DNA of 64,000 nucleotides from contig CM106586.1 in NCBI GenBank assembly GCA_048013815.1, forward strand, positions 23,560,001 to 23,624,000, given 5' to 3'. The stretch is from Setoptus koraiensis (Eukaryota; Animalia; Arthropoda). The translations under genes were made by a program, and so were the position numbers. The notes under the pieces were generated by a model, which saw only the letters and a list, made by a program, of their open reading frames with translations, was not told the DNA's origin and did not search any database. How positions within the stretch are numbered: position 1 is the first letter of the stretch; each line of letters starts with the position of its first letter. Shown piece after piece: positions 35,395 through 48,600 of the stretch.

Positions 35395-37818
35395 CTCGAC
35401 GGTGCACACAATACTGGCCGTTTGTCAGTCAGACCAACTGGTCAAGTGCGAGCAACATTGCAGGCACGATTGTCTAATGATGTCGTCTCGTCCAACGAGA
35501 TTCGTTGTGTGCCACTTGTTGTGCCCAATGCAAGCGCTGTTACGTAATGTAAGTAGGCCTAACACTGCCACTTGTTACGTAACGCTGCTGCGGCTGCCGT
35601 CGATGCAACTGTGGCCACCATTACAATTGCAACTATTATTACGTAACTATGCAAACTAAATGGATTACTGGGCAAAGTGATTTGCGCGCTCTCGGCTCGC
35701 GTGTGCCAAGGTTGTAGCTTGGGGCGTCACAATAATGATAATTATTATTTTCATTATTGAATCACTGCATTATTAATGCGCTCTCCCATGTTGGCATGTC
35801 GGCATGTTGGCGTCTTGGCATGTTGGCATGTTGGCATCATTGAATCATTGAATCATTGCATCGTTGCATCGTTGCATCGTTGCATCGCTGCATCGCTGCA
35901 TTGTCGAGCATTGTCGAGCACTGTCGAGACAAAGCACGCCGAGCTACATCTAATGATCTGCTGCTGGCCCAATGAATTAACGAGACCATACAAAGACAAC
36001 AGGTGGTGCTGCTGCTGCTGCCAACTGCCAATTGTGTTCACCTGTACGCTCGCCCTTTGCTGCCTGTCTCACCTGTGCAGCATCAATCAATCTGGCCAAC
36101 GGCAGCAAGTTCAGCGACGGACGCTACAAGTTGCAAACTTCAGACATCCGTTCGCTTGTCGCTGTTGCGTTCGTCGGTGCACTCGTTGCACTTGTTGCAC
36201 TCCCACAATTCACCTGTACGTCGCCCAATACCTGACAGGTTGTGTGACGCAACTTTCTTGGCGCGTCTTCTTGCCTCGGCGCCTATGTGTTGCGCAACGC
36301 ATAATTTTTCGCCATGCCGGCCCATGGTCGGCGCCTGCAACACATCGGATCAGGTGAAGACGAACAACAGTGCACTGTGCTGCTATGTCCAGTCAACTGA
36401 CACTGTGACTCATTATGGCGCTAATGGGGACGCTCGCCCCATTAGAGCCGCCCCCGCAATAATTGTTTTCTCCACTGGCTTTGTTCGTCGTCTTCATCAA
36501 CGTTCCCCGGGCCAGCTGCCCCCGCTGCCACTGGCAAGGCCGATCGTTGGCCAGCGGAGTCAGCTGACCACTCAGCTGACCACTCACAATCTCGTCAGTT
36601 GACCAGATTTACTTTTGTCAGGCTGGCCGTGCGCGGCTGTTGGCCAGAGATGCAAACCGATCCGACCGTGATTCAAAAATCGAGTCGGACAATCAGCCGC
36701 GAATTGTCCGAAAATCATCCAAGAATCATGCGAAAATCGTCCAAGGATCATGCAACCATCATCAGCATCACACGATGTTGTCTCACATGTGCCGTATGTG
36801 TGTGTGTGTGTGTGTGTGCGATGGCAAGTTGCAACAAGCTCGCCAAGCTGCGCTAACTGGGGCTGCTCAGCTCATCAGCTGATCGTGACACATCTCTGAC
36901 AATGTCAGTCATGTGTGCGAGTTGACCACAGCTGAGATCATCGACATCGGCGCACAATGTTCGTGGTCATGTTCGTGGCGCACAGACTAGACAGAGTCAG
37001 CTGAGATAGCCGAGATTTGACAGCACTGGATGGCACCGAATAGGCACTGGATAAGCACTGGATAGGCACTGGATAGGCACTGGATAGGAGGTCACGACGC
37101 TCTAATAGAGAGACTCTCTAACAGCCAACAAACAGCCAACAAACAACAAAATGGAAATTAAAACACACAAATTCAATTGAGCCAACACACAAATATCGAG
37201 GTGTCATTACTATACGGTCACTGACCATCAAACTGTGTGTGTGTGTGTGTGTAATCATCGCCCCCGCACGTTGCAAATTGTTGTAACGTTGCATCATCGT
37301 AAGTATGAGATCATTAGTATGCAGGCCACACACACACACACACACACATTGGGCATGTTGACTAAACATTGTTGAGCATATTGGGCATATTAGGTAAGTT
37401 AGGCATATTCAGCATAATAGGTAATTTGGGCATATTAGCCTAATATTATTAGGTAAATTGGGCACATGGGGCATATCGGGCGATGCTGCATTTTGGGCCA
37501 GTCGAAGCGTGGCCAATGTTGTGACGAGCGGTTCCCGAGCGGATGATCGGTCGATCACGCTGACCGCGGCTCGGCAGAGTGCGTAATCTTGAGAGTGCGA
37601 TCATCGCAGTCTGAAGAGCAATCAGCTGAGAGGCCGACATAACGGGCCGTCATTTGGCGGCATGGACCCATGGAGCGGCATTACGATGAACTGAGTTACG
37701 GTCAACTTAGTCATCGATGAGCTTGGTTTAGGCGACGGCCAACTGGCCAGCTGGTGAATTCACTATTCACCTTTGCGATCGCATGCGCGCCAAGCCACAG
37801 GCGAGCTCACCTGTGGCT

Positions 37819-37901
37819 GTTGACAGTTTTGAGGTTGACAGTTTTGGAGTTGACAGTTTTGGAGTTGACAGTTTTGGAGTTGACAGTTTTGAGGTCGACA
37901 G
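37819..37901. repeat. Tandem array of 15-mer GTTGACAGTTTTG(GA/AG) (x5)
   Basis: Directly visible; each unit contains TGACAG. Confidence 0.9.
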
Positions 37902-39127
37902 AATTGATGATGACAGCGCCGATTATGACAGTATCGACGAGCTGTCTAGTCGCTGTGAGGGCGTCTCCGTCGGCCCGTCCAATGGCATCGAGTTGACGCA
38001 TCCCATCAAGGAAACTGGCAGCTCGATGAGCCCAAAATCACTGATATTAACAGTGGTTAGTGGCGATTAGCTGCTCACGGTTGCGTCTCGATGTGATTCA
38101 ACGAGTCGCCGTTGACGTTGGCCGCAACCTGTTGGCTCTGGCAGCCGATGCTGTCAGACGCTGTCAGCTGATGCTGGACGCAGCAAGTTTGATTTGAGTT
38201 TTGCGACCACGACGCCGAGCACGCCGACGGTGCCCGTGATGATGATGTGATCACTTTTACGTAACTTTTGTAGTGACTCATACTACTCATAGTGCAGCGT
38301 GCGTGCGTAATCAATGTTGTCTTCCTAGTTGCCACTAACTAGTTGAACAGGTTCATCTCATTAGCTGGTTATTAGCTGGTTGATGCAGCACCGACAATCG
38401 CTTCACTTTTGCTCGCCATCTTACGCAACAACTGGCCGATCGCTCATTTGTTTATTGTTTGTTGTCTCGAGAGGACGCGACCCGTGAAACAACAGCCACC
38501 ACAATTGGCCAGTTCACCTGTTGCTGTTGCTTCGATGGGACGCTGGCCGACGCTGGCCGACGCTCGCCGCATCCCGTCTCGGCAGCCAATGGCCGCCAGA
38601 GTGAGCGTTACGTAACGAGCATACATAATGTTTGCACTGGCTCGTCGCAAAAGTCGGCCTCTCAACGTTCTCTCATCAGCGTTCATCATGCTCATCATGG
38701 GCGTCGTCATTTCAGTCATCACAAGCGTCATTTGATTAGACACACACACACACACTGTTCAACAGTGACTGTTGAACACATCAGCGGGCTTTCATCGAGC
38801 TGGCCAACGGCCGACGGTTGCATCTTTGCGTCTTGGCAGCGGCGCAGTTTGCGGCCAATCGCAGCCAATCGCTGGCGAGACAGGTGAGTGAGTGATTGTG
38901 TTGCGCTGCGTATTGAGTGGTTGTGCGATGATGGCCTCATCGGCTCATAGGCCGGCTGATGGCGGCAGCTATCAGTGTGCTCGCTGACAGAAGCCACAGG
39001 TAGAGGGCACCAGCCAGAGTCATTGAGAGTGCATCGACCCTCGCCGCTCGCCGCTCACCGCTCGCCACTCGGGGGCCAATCGACGCCAGCATTAATTGGC
39101 TGCATGCATGCATCGCCAACTGGTCGC

Positions 39128-39217
39128 CTAACTAACTAACAACAACTAACTAACTAACAACAACTAACTAACTAACAACAACTAACTAACTAACAACAAC
39201 TAACTAACTAACAACAA
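39128..39217. repeat. Perfect 18-mer minisatellite CTAACTAACTAACAACAA x5
   Basis: Directly visible. Confidence 0.95.
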
Positions 39218-41140
39218 TTTATTCGTTTGGCTGCTGGCCAAATGAATAAATGAAATTGATTAAAAATTAATCATCATTGCCCATGATGGCGAGCGCACTA
39301 TTCAGCACTGTCTTGCCAGACACTGCTCAATGTGCTCACCATACAATGTGTGTAATAGTCACTACAATGTGTGTCGTTATTATGCAACATGCGTAATATC
39401 AGCTCGATATTACATGTATATCAAGTGTTTGTGTGTTTGTATTGCACACAAATTGGTATAAATAGCTTACAATAGTCGAGTGCAAGTCGCCATTATGTAA
39501 CAACTGTTATGAATATTGTTTAGCCTGCCAACAAACAACAAAGTTACATAATGGCAACAGTCGAGTGACCGCCCCCGCCATCGCGCTCGCTCTCGCCCGC
39601 GCAGCCAGCATCTCAATTATCGGCAACTGTTATGATGGTCGCTAATTATTTGCAACATTACTCTTGGCTCGCACACTGTCGGCCATCGTGGCACAACATT
39701 CTGCTTTGTGCACACTGCTCAATGTTGCAAATAGTTGATTAGCAGTTTGAATTATCCGGCAACATTGTGTTTGCATCATGTTTGCATCGTGCTCGCATCG
39801 TGTTCGCATGGCGTTTGCATGGCGTTTGCGTGGCGTTTGCATCTTGTTTGTATCATGTGGTAGCCGGCCGTTGCAATTATGCCGACGCAAAGGCTTGACC
39901 ATTGGCCATTTTCGCAAAATGGCGCCATCATTGTAGCCAGTGGCCAGTTATATTGACTGAGTTAATGGCGATGTCGTAATGGCGCTAATGCGATAACGCA
40001 CGAACGCATCCGCCGATCGCGAGCGCCGGCCAAGGAGCAAGAGCCGGCCAAGAAATTGCTTGATGCTGCACATGTTGCGCCACTGGCCGGTCGGGTCGAG
40101 CCGGTCGCGCTGACCGAGCCCGTCGAGCCGGCCGAGCGGCCGGGCAAGGGAGCGACCGCTGGCCGGTGATCGTGAATCAACTGGCGACCGGTCGCGGCCA
40201 AACTGGACCAGATCGGGCCGACGTGACGGGCTGACCGTGGCCGAGCGGCCAAGACACGGGCCAAAATGAGCATAAAATGATAATAAAATCGGCGCAGTTT
40301 CACTCATGCCGCGGCCCGTTAATGGCCGCCGTTGCCAGTTTCGCTTGATATTTTGCGGGATATCGTTGGGTATCCAGCGACATGCGGCGGCATCCAGCGA
40401 TATCCAGATGGAGCGGCTGACGGCGAAAGAGATGCCGCCCAGAGATACAAACAATGCTTCTGCCGACCGCGACCAATCAAGCGGCGTTGGCCGGCCGACT
40501 TGCGTTGCCGAGAGTGCGACGATTTGCGCTACAAATGCGCTCAAATTGTTTGCGTCGGCGCTCGGATATCGCGCGAATATCTGGCAAATATCGCGCAAAT
40601 ATCGCTCAGATATCGCTCAAATATCGCTCACAACGCCGGCCACTGGATGTGGCGGCGCTGCTGTGGATAGCCAACAAACACATGATTGGCAGAGTAGACA
40701 ACGCCAAATGAAGGCAACTGACGGCCTGAATGGCAGCGCATGAAGGCAAACACATTACAATAAATCTCGGCTCGAGCGCCGGCGCGCAACCAAAACAAAT
40801 CGCGCATTATGAGCGCCCAACGCACGGCAAACAAACGTTTCGCGAAATATTCCGCTCGCCGTTTTTTTTTGTGGCCACTGACGCACTTTGAGCCAGTGAT
40901 ATCATCGCTGGCCTGATTAGCTCGGCAGCGGCAATTTCGGGCGGCCAATGCAAACAAAGGGCGAGCAAATTGAGCAAACAGCGACCCCAATTGAATCTCA
41001 CAATTGATAACAATAGATTATTGACAATGCGCGCTGTTTGCCGGCCGCAATTGACGCTCGCTCGTCGAATGTGCCAATTTGAATGCTACTATCGTATAAT
41101 ACCAGTCGTATTATACGAGCTGGTACGCGAAACCTGGCGG

Positions 41141-41204
41141 CGCTCGGATATTCCGACGCTCCGACGCTCGGATATTCCGACGCTCCGACGCTCGGATATT
41201 CCGA
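41141..41204. repeat. 24-mer CGCTCGGATATTCCGACGCTCCGA x2.7
   Basis: Directly visible; the internal TCGGA-TAT-TCCGA is palindromic. Confidence 0.9.
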
Positions 41205-42611
41205 ATTCACGTGCTGCGAACGGTTTGTTTGCCAACGGAGCGGCCGAGCAACGGGCACGTCCATCATTCACCTTTGCGCGTGTTCCATTGAGGGACGCGC
41301 CAGACTGGGCAGCGCCAACAGGCCGCACTGTTGGCGCAGAGCAAACAACGGCACAGGTAAATCGCGCCGCAACTTACCTGTGCCGTTATGCCGGCAACCG
41401 GCCAAAGCGAGCCTGACCGCGCCGCGGCCAACAGGCACCGGCCCGCTCACAAGCTGGCGATCGTCGGACGGGCCGCTTTCGGGCCGCGGCCGGCTCTGTT
41501 TGCGCGCAAATATTTGACGTTCGGCGAGCCGCGCATCCAGTCACATATCCGCGACCACTGGTGCATATGCGACTCGCCGAATGCGCCTAAATTGGCCGAA
41601 TGCGCGTAAATCGGCCGAATGCGTGGCCTGGCGGCCGAAAGTGGGCCAACTTTCGAAACGAGTTTCGCTCACAAGTTGTGAGTCACAACAATCGCCGGCC
41701 GACAACTGGAGCGCCCATTTGCCCGTTCGCCCGTTTGTTTTTTGCTGGCGCTTTCGTCGACGGGACGCGGCGACCGAAAAAACTGGCCGAAATCTATTTT
41801 TCCATTCGCGGCCACTTTTTCGCACCTCCATTCGCGGCCACGCTGCCCAATGAAGCCCGCTAATCCGCCGTTTGCCGGGCCGAGAGTCGCGCCGCCAGTC
41901 AACAGTCGAAACAATCAACAGTCGCCGTTCGGGGGCGACAGTTTGCCATTGTTCATGCGATCATCGTCGCCGAAACGACTAGCATTGTTGCGCGCCATTC
42001 ACTCTTGCTCATGACGTTCACTCTTGCTCATGACGTTCACTCTTGCTCGTGACGTTCGCCTGGCGCCAGCGCGTCCAGGCGCGATCGGCGCACTAATTGA
42101 GAAATTGTCGAGCCCTCAAACGAGTGATGATGGTAATTTTCCAGCGACAGAGATTTCGCTCTCGCTCGCTCGCTCTGGAAAAGAGATTTCTGGCGATGGA
42201 TTTTGCCGAAATGTTGTGATAAGCCGCTTATTATCTGACTACTTTGTGAGATAATAATTTGTGACGATGCAAGATTGATAAAAGCGAGCGTTGAATTTTG
42301 TTGATTTTTGGCCCGTTTCTATTGCGGGCGCCGAGACGCTTTGCGACAGTGGTCCGGCGCCCGCAGGGTGGCGCTCGCGTCGCGCCAGCAACATGTGCGA
42401 CGCACATTGTTGCCAATTAGCATATTGTATTAATATGTCACTGTTGTTGTTACTGTATTAATATCACAACGGTCGTCAGTGTCCGTGTTTGTTGCTGGCG
42501 GCAGCATGGTCTCCGATGGGCACGCTCGCTGTTGTTCGCCGGACAACCAAGTTGGCCGGTCAAGATGGCCGAAATGACGATGAGCCATGAAAGAGATTGC
42601 AGCTTTACAGC

Positions 42612-42686
42612 GACGACAACGACAACAACAACAACGACAACAACGACAACAACAACAACGACAACAACAACAACAGCAGCAACAAC
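42612..42686. repeat. (CAA/CGA)n microsatellite
   Basis: Directly visible. Confidence 0.9.
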
Positions 42687-45600
42687 GTTGATGTTGTTGT
42701 TGTGCTCGGCGAGGATAGCGCCGACGAGCACGACGACAGCACAACCTTGACCAGCGGACCAGTGGTCAGCGTGTGGCTAATTGAATGGAGTGGCGCAACT
42801 TGTTGGTTTATTAGTTTCAATTAATCGACCAGTGCGACGCCGATGACACACAAAGGCAAACTGTGGCTACGGCGCAAACGAAAACACACACAACTGCGCA
42901 TGCAAACACAACTAATAAATAACTAATAAATAAACGAGCAAACAAACAAGCGCAATTAATTTCCGGACAAACGAGTCAAGTGCTGCTATTAGCCGCACTG
43001 TAATATCGCCACCATATTTATCCATTGTTTGCCGGCCAGCTTGTTGACTTACGTAACGCGGCCATAATTGTTCGGCTGGATTAAATCAACACAGCGCTCG
43101 CTATTGATTTAATGGTCGGCCGGCCGGCCGGCTCGCAGTCGTGCTGCCGGCCCATTGTTGTCGGGCCGCTCTTGTCGGGCGCTCGCATCGGGCCGCTCTC
43201 GTCGGGCGCTTGCATTGCATCGGGCAGCTGTACGGAGCGCGCCGAACAGGAAGGATGCGTCGAGCCAGGTGAAGTCGAGAGTCGGCCCGACGCTCGCCGC
43301 TGACAAGCGACAGCGACAAGTGCGTTCGAACTTGTTCGCACTTGTTTGCTGGCTAGCAGCGTTCGTCGGGTCCATCGGAGCGTTCGAACGTTCGAACGTC
43401 CGAACGCTCGAATGTGCGAATGTCCGAGTGTGCGAATGCGTGCGCCAGCAGCCACGCATTCGAACGTCCGAACATCCGAAGCTTGCCGCGTTCGGATATT
43501 TCGCAGCGTGGCGTGGATTTGCTTTCGCCGGCGACTGCGCAGCCTTGCCGTTTGGTGTCGGTGTGTGAGTTTTTTCGCCTCGAAGCAGCGACTTGCAACT
43601 AACAAGTGGCTCACAATTGAGTGAAGTGGCCGTCGTGGCGTTCGTGCCAGCGTTTGTTTGCTTTTCGCCAGCTTATTCGGCCAGTGCAGTATGAGACGGC
43701 ACAACAGCAGCAACAGCAACAACCGCACCAACAACAACACCACCGTCGACAGCAGCAACGACAGCAACAACAACAACCACAACAACGGGCCATAAAACAA
43801 AGCTCAACTCGTCTGTCGTGGCGCTTTTGTCCCCCCGCGTTCCGCCGGCAACTCGGCGGCCGCGGCAACATTGTGGCAGCGTTGACTCGGGGGGCCGCGC
43901 TTGCCAACCTTGGGACTCGCAAGCTGGGAGTGGCCAAACGCTTTGTAGGGCCTGATACGGGCTGCAGAGGTCGCCACCTAATCTAGCACAAGTGTATAGT
44001 ATAGACGGCATTAGACTGCAACGATTGCATGTAGGCATAGTGTGGCTGCCCACGACATTCGAGTCAGGCACAGCGGCTCACAACTGTGCCTGACACCATT
44101 GCGGCCAGCGCCAGTTTGTAAGCTGTTTGCAACTTGTAAATTGTAAGGCTGTGCGCACACTGTGCCACTTGTGTGCCTCGCTCGACCGGTGGAACAGTGC
44201 GAGCGGTGCGTCGGATGTGTTCAGTTCACGTTGAGCCGTCGGACAGACAACAACCAATTGACATTGCATTGAATAGCCAATATCAACATTTGTGCAAACA
44301 ACAACCAACAACAACAATTAGCCATTATCAGTCGGACCAGCGAGACAAAATTGCAATCGTTGTTGAACAGTGTTCATTGGCCACCGCAAACAACAACCGC
44401 AAACAACAACCGCAAACCACTGGCAACAACCGACAACGAACCAGCGAACCGGCCAAGCAACGAATTGCACGAGTCCCAGCGAACAAGCCAGCGAAATCTA
44501 CCAATTGCCAGCACCAACCAATGTATTCACACTGATATATTCACAACGATATATTCACACCGATATATTCACATCGATATATTCACGGGCACATGCACGC
44601 CCCATCCAGGGCCAACGCACAACGCCAACAACAATTAATTAAGTGGCGCTTAATTAATTAACTAATTAGTGCCAGCAGCTCAATGACAACAAAAATCGGC
44701 ACAGTGATCAAAATTAATCAACGGGCGCCAGAGTGTACGCAAAACGAGCCCATCCAACGGAAGCTGATCGAAAATTGATTATCATTATGACAATGACAGG
44801 CGTGTAGACTAGACTAACAGCACCATTAACAAGCTACTATGTTTCCTATTCAGTCGCCAGATATACAATATAAACTGACAAAACTAACATCGCCAAATAT
44901 TGCCAGTACATGTATTCATGCGGCCAATTTTGTGAGCAAGCACCATTGCAATGACTGACTAATTCAATTCAAATCAATTATTTTGTTTAGCAACACTGTT
45001 AATTACAACACACAACAGCGAAGAACAACAAGCTCGAAAATAACAATTATCTCCAGACACGTCGATACAAGATTGTTCGTAAAGATCACAACATTGTTCG
45101 TAGAGACGCATCAAATAATCGAATAATCAAATAATATTCAAATATCAAGTCGCAACAACAAGCATCGGCCAACAAGCAAACGAGCAGCAAGTCATCAGAG
45201 CAAGCAACACATCGGGTGAGTGACAATTATCATAATTAGCGTCATTAGCATCACTGCCTTTATCAACCATTGAGGGCGCCTCATTTAATTAGTCACACAG
45301 TAATAATAGTAGTTGATAATAATAGTTATATACAAAAATGATAGTTATATCCGATAGTAACAGTCACAGACAAATATCAGCTATATCCGATGTGTCAGAT
45401 GTGTCAGATGTATCGGATGTGTCGGATAGCCACTGGAATGTTATTGCATGTTGCAAGTAACAATTGAGTGCAGATCGTTCAGATGGCAATTACAAATTGC
45501 GAATCACAAATGGATATTCACATCCATGCCAATGGGTTGTGAGCATCCGTTTGCAAATAGGTGAATAGGCGCACCCCGTTCATTCACGTTGATGCTCGTC

Positions 45601-48600
45601 GGACGCTTCCAGTGAAAATCAATTACGGTCAACTAGACTGACATGTATCTTCTCGATCACTATCTAACTGCAAGACACTATTCAAAGGCAATTGAAGACA
45701 AACAACAATAGACTACTTGCCCATATTGCCTACACTGGCCATAGCCGGTGAATTGGCTGCAGTTGCTGCAGTGTTTGTTTGGGGCCAAATGACGCCAGAA
45801 AGAATAATGCGTGTGTGTGTCGTGAATAATACTCCCTGTTTATGTCATATTGGCATCGATGCATCTAAATAAAAAGATTTGTTTGTCTGGTTGTTGTTGT
45901 TGTTTTTGTAATGCATCGCAACAATACAGCAGCAACAACACAACAGCAACAACACAACAACACAACAACACAACAACAGCAACAACAACAACCGCAGCAA
46001 CAAAAGCCATAAATGCAACTTGTAATTATAATAATCGAGACGTTAGATTGATCGCTCAGCTGATTAGTTGTTGTTAATTGTTGCATCCAATGGACTCGTT
46101 GCGGCCACTCGGTCAGTTGGTCAGTTGGTCAGCTGACCAGTGAGCCAGTGATGCACTGTCATTGGGCCGGCCCAATGACTAATGTTGCGCCATGATCAGC
46201 TGATTGTTGGAGCCGTCAAGCTTGCATCGCTTGAGAGCGGCAACAGGATGAATTTGTGATGATGAAGCTTGCGGAAAAATGTGAGCAATGAACAAATTTG
46301 TTGTGGGCCTGTCTGCTGTATCGACAATAATCCTTGGGCATAATTAATCCTTGGGCATGGTTGGCTAGAAACGGAAGGCAGATGCTGCTGAGAAAGTGCT
46401 ACATTTTTGGGCATACCTTGATGGCAATACATACATAGAGAAACACACAGAGAAACATAGAGAAACACACAGAGAAACATAGAGAAATATAGAGAGAAAT
46501 GTGGAATAAACGCGGAAAATTGTCGTCGTGGTAGGACTGGCAAGGAGCAGCGTTCTTGGGCCTGCGTCTCGCGCACCGGTAATGGGGTATTAATAAGCAA
46601 GGATATTATTGTTATTAGCGAGGCGTGATAAGGCAGCCTCGTCGCGCCTAGCCACTCATCTATCATAGGCCCTCACTGGGCTCAATGGGCTGTCATGTCG
46701 GGACCGCATGCGAGCGGAAAGCGGCCAACAGCAACAGCGGCGACCGATCGGGTCAAACCTATTGATTAGCGGCTCTAATTTAGTGGCCAAAGTGGCCAAA
46801 GTGGCCAAAGTGACCACAAGTGCACAAGTGCGTGGTGTGTCTCGCCAGGCAGGCCGATTGGCAAGACCGGGCAATTGGCGCAGGCGATTGGCACAGGCAA
46901 TTGGCACAGGCAACGGGCATGGGCACGGGAATATAAATGCGAAATGGCAACACAAATGGGGGGCAAGTGGCAATGGCGCACCCATTCATGCGGCCGCTCA
47001 TGTGATGCTATGAAATTTAAATTGACCACTCCATTGCCGGAATGGTCAGTTTAGTGCGCGGGCTACCGACTGGCCGGTGTGTTATGTAAATGATTGTGTG
47101 CCGTTTATCTGTTGTGTCTGTTGTCTACCTGTCGGCTGACAAGGCTTGTGAGTGTGTGAGTGTTTGCATGTTTGCTATTTGTAAAACAAAGTGGAAAAAA
47201 AGAATAGTTTTAAATAGTAAAAGTAGTTCTTCTTTGCGCAGCAACTTGACAGTGTGCGCACACCGGCCAAACCAACAGCAACAGGTAGCCGGCGTTTGTT
47301 GCGTAATTGTTTTAGCCTGGCCCGAGTGAGCCCAAATAAAGACAAGTGAGTGTGTGTGCGTTAGAATAGAACGATTGCGTAATAGAATAGTTGCGCAACA
47401 GTATAACAACAACAACAGCAACAACAGAGCGGTAATATAACTAAGTATTCAATTTACGATTTATGTTCTTCTGCATGCGGCCATTTCCTGCGCTCGGCCG
47501 CTTGTGAGTGTCGCTGGCTGTTTGTTTGTTGTCAAGTTTTATTCATGAATCATGATGATTCGCAGTCGCAGTCGCAGTGGCAAGTGGCAACTTGCCCCTT
47601 CTCTCACTCACAACAGTCAGAGAAGCCGCCGGAGAAGCCAGATAAAGGGAGAAAGTAACAGTTTATTTCGGTCACAGTCAGCGGCTTGCTGCAGCTAATA
47701 ATGAGCGCGGCCCGAGCTCAAGCGGCAAGACTCAAGCGGCAAGCGAAAGAGTTTCGAATTGGAGCAGCTCGGGCCGGTGAAGCGAATTTTATGCGGTCAT
47801 CAGCTGCACCCTTCCTGTCGCGCTGCATGGTCACAGTTTGTTCCACAGTCTCTCCGTCGCTTGCCATTTGTCGCTATTGGTCGCCGTCGGTCGCCGCTGC
47901 TCGCCGTCGGTCGCCGCTGCCCGCTACCCGTCGCTGCCCGCCGCTACCCGTTTCTGTTGGTTGTTGTTTGCTATTGCTCCAATTTGTTTGTTCGTTGTTT
48001 GTTTGTCGTTCGTTTGTCGTTTGTCTGTTGTGTCCGCTGACCGCTCGCCGCTCGCTATTCCGGCGCGATCTTGATGCTGATTGTGACCCGGTGCACAGGT
48101 GACAGCGCACCGTCGGTCGACGGGCCGGTCAGTGTGATTAATTCAATTCGGCTCGCTCGGGCCACTCACACACAGATGCCGAGATAAAGGGCTGAATAAT
48201 CGCAAATAATTTGCATCATCATATCTTGCGACATTTGCCTGGCGTATATGTGGCCGATGTGGTTGTTGTCGCTGTTGGCCGAGAGTGGCCGTTGTCGTCG
48301 TCGTCGTTGTATACATTTTGTCGTGCCGGCCACAGCAGCCGCGCCGGCGTCACCACAACCGGCTCGCTTATCTTGCTTTGTTGCCCCCTCTCGCGGGCAA
48401 GGCACACATTTTAAATTTAAATTTAAATTAAATTAAATTTAATTTTAATTCAATTTCAATTTTAATGCCATCCATTCATTGGCTGGCCGGCGAGCAAACG
48501 GACAGACGGTTGTAGCTGCAAAAATGGTGCCAATTGAGCATTGCTAATTTGTGTTTAATTGTGCTTGTGTTCACAAGTGCGCACATTGCACAATCAGATG

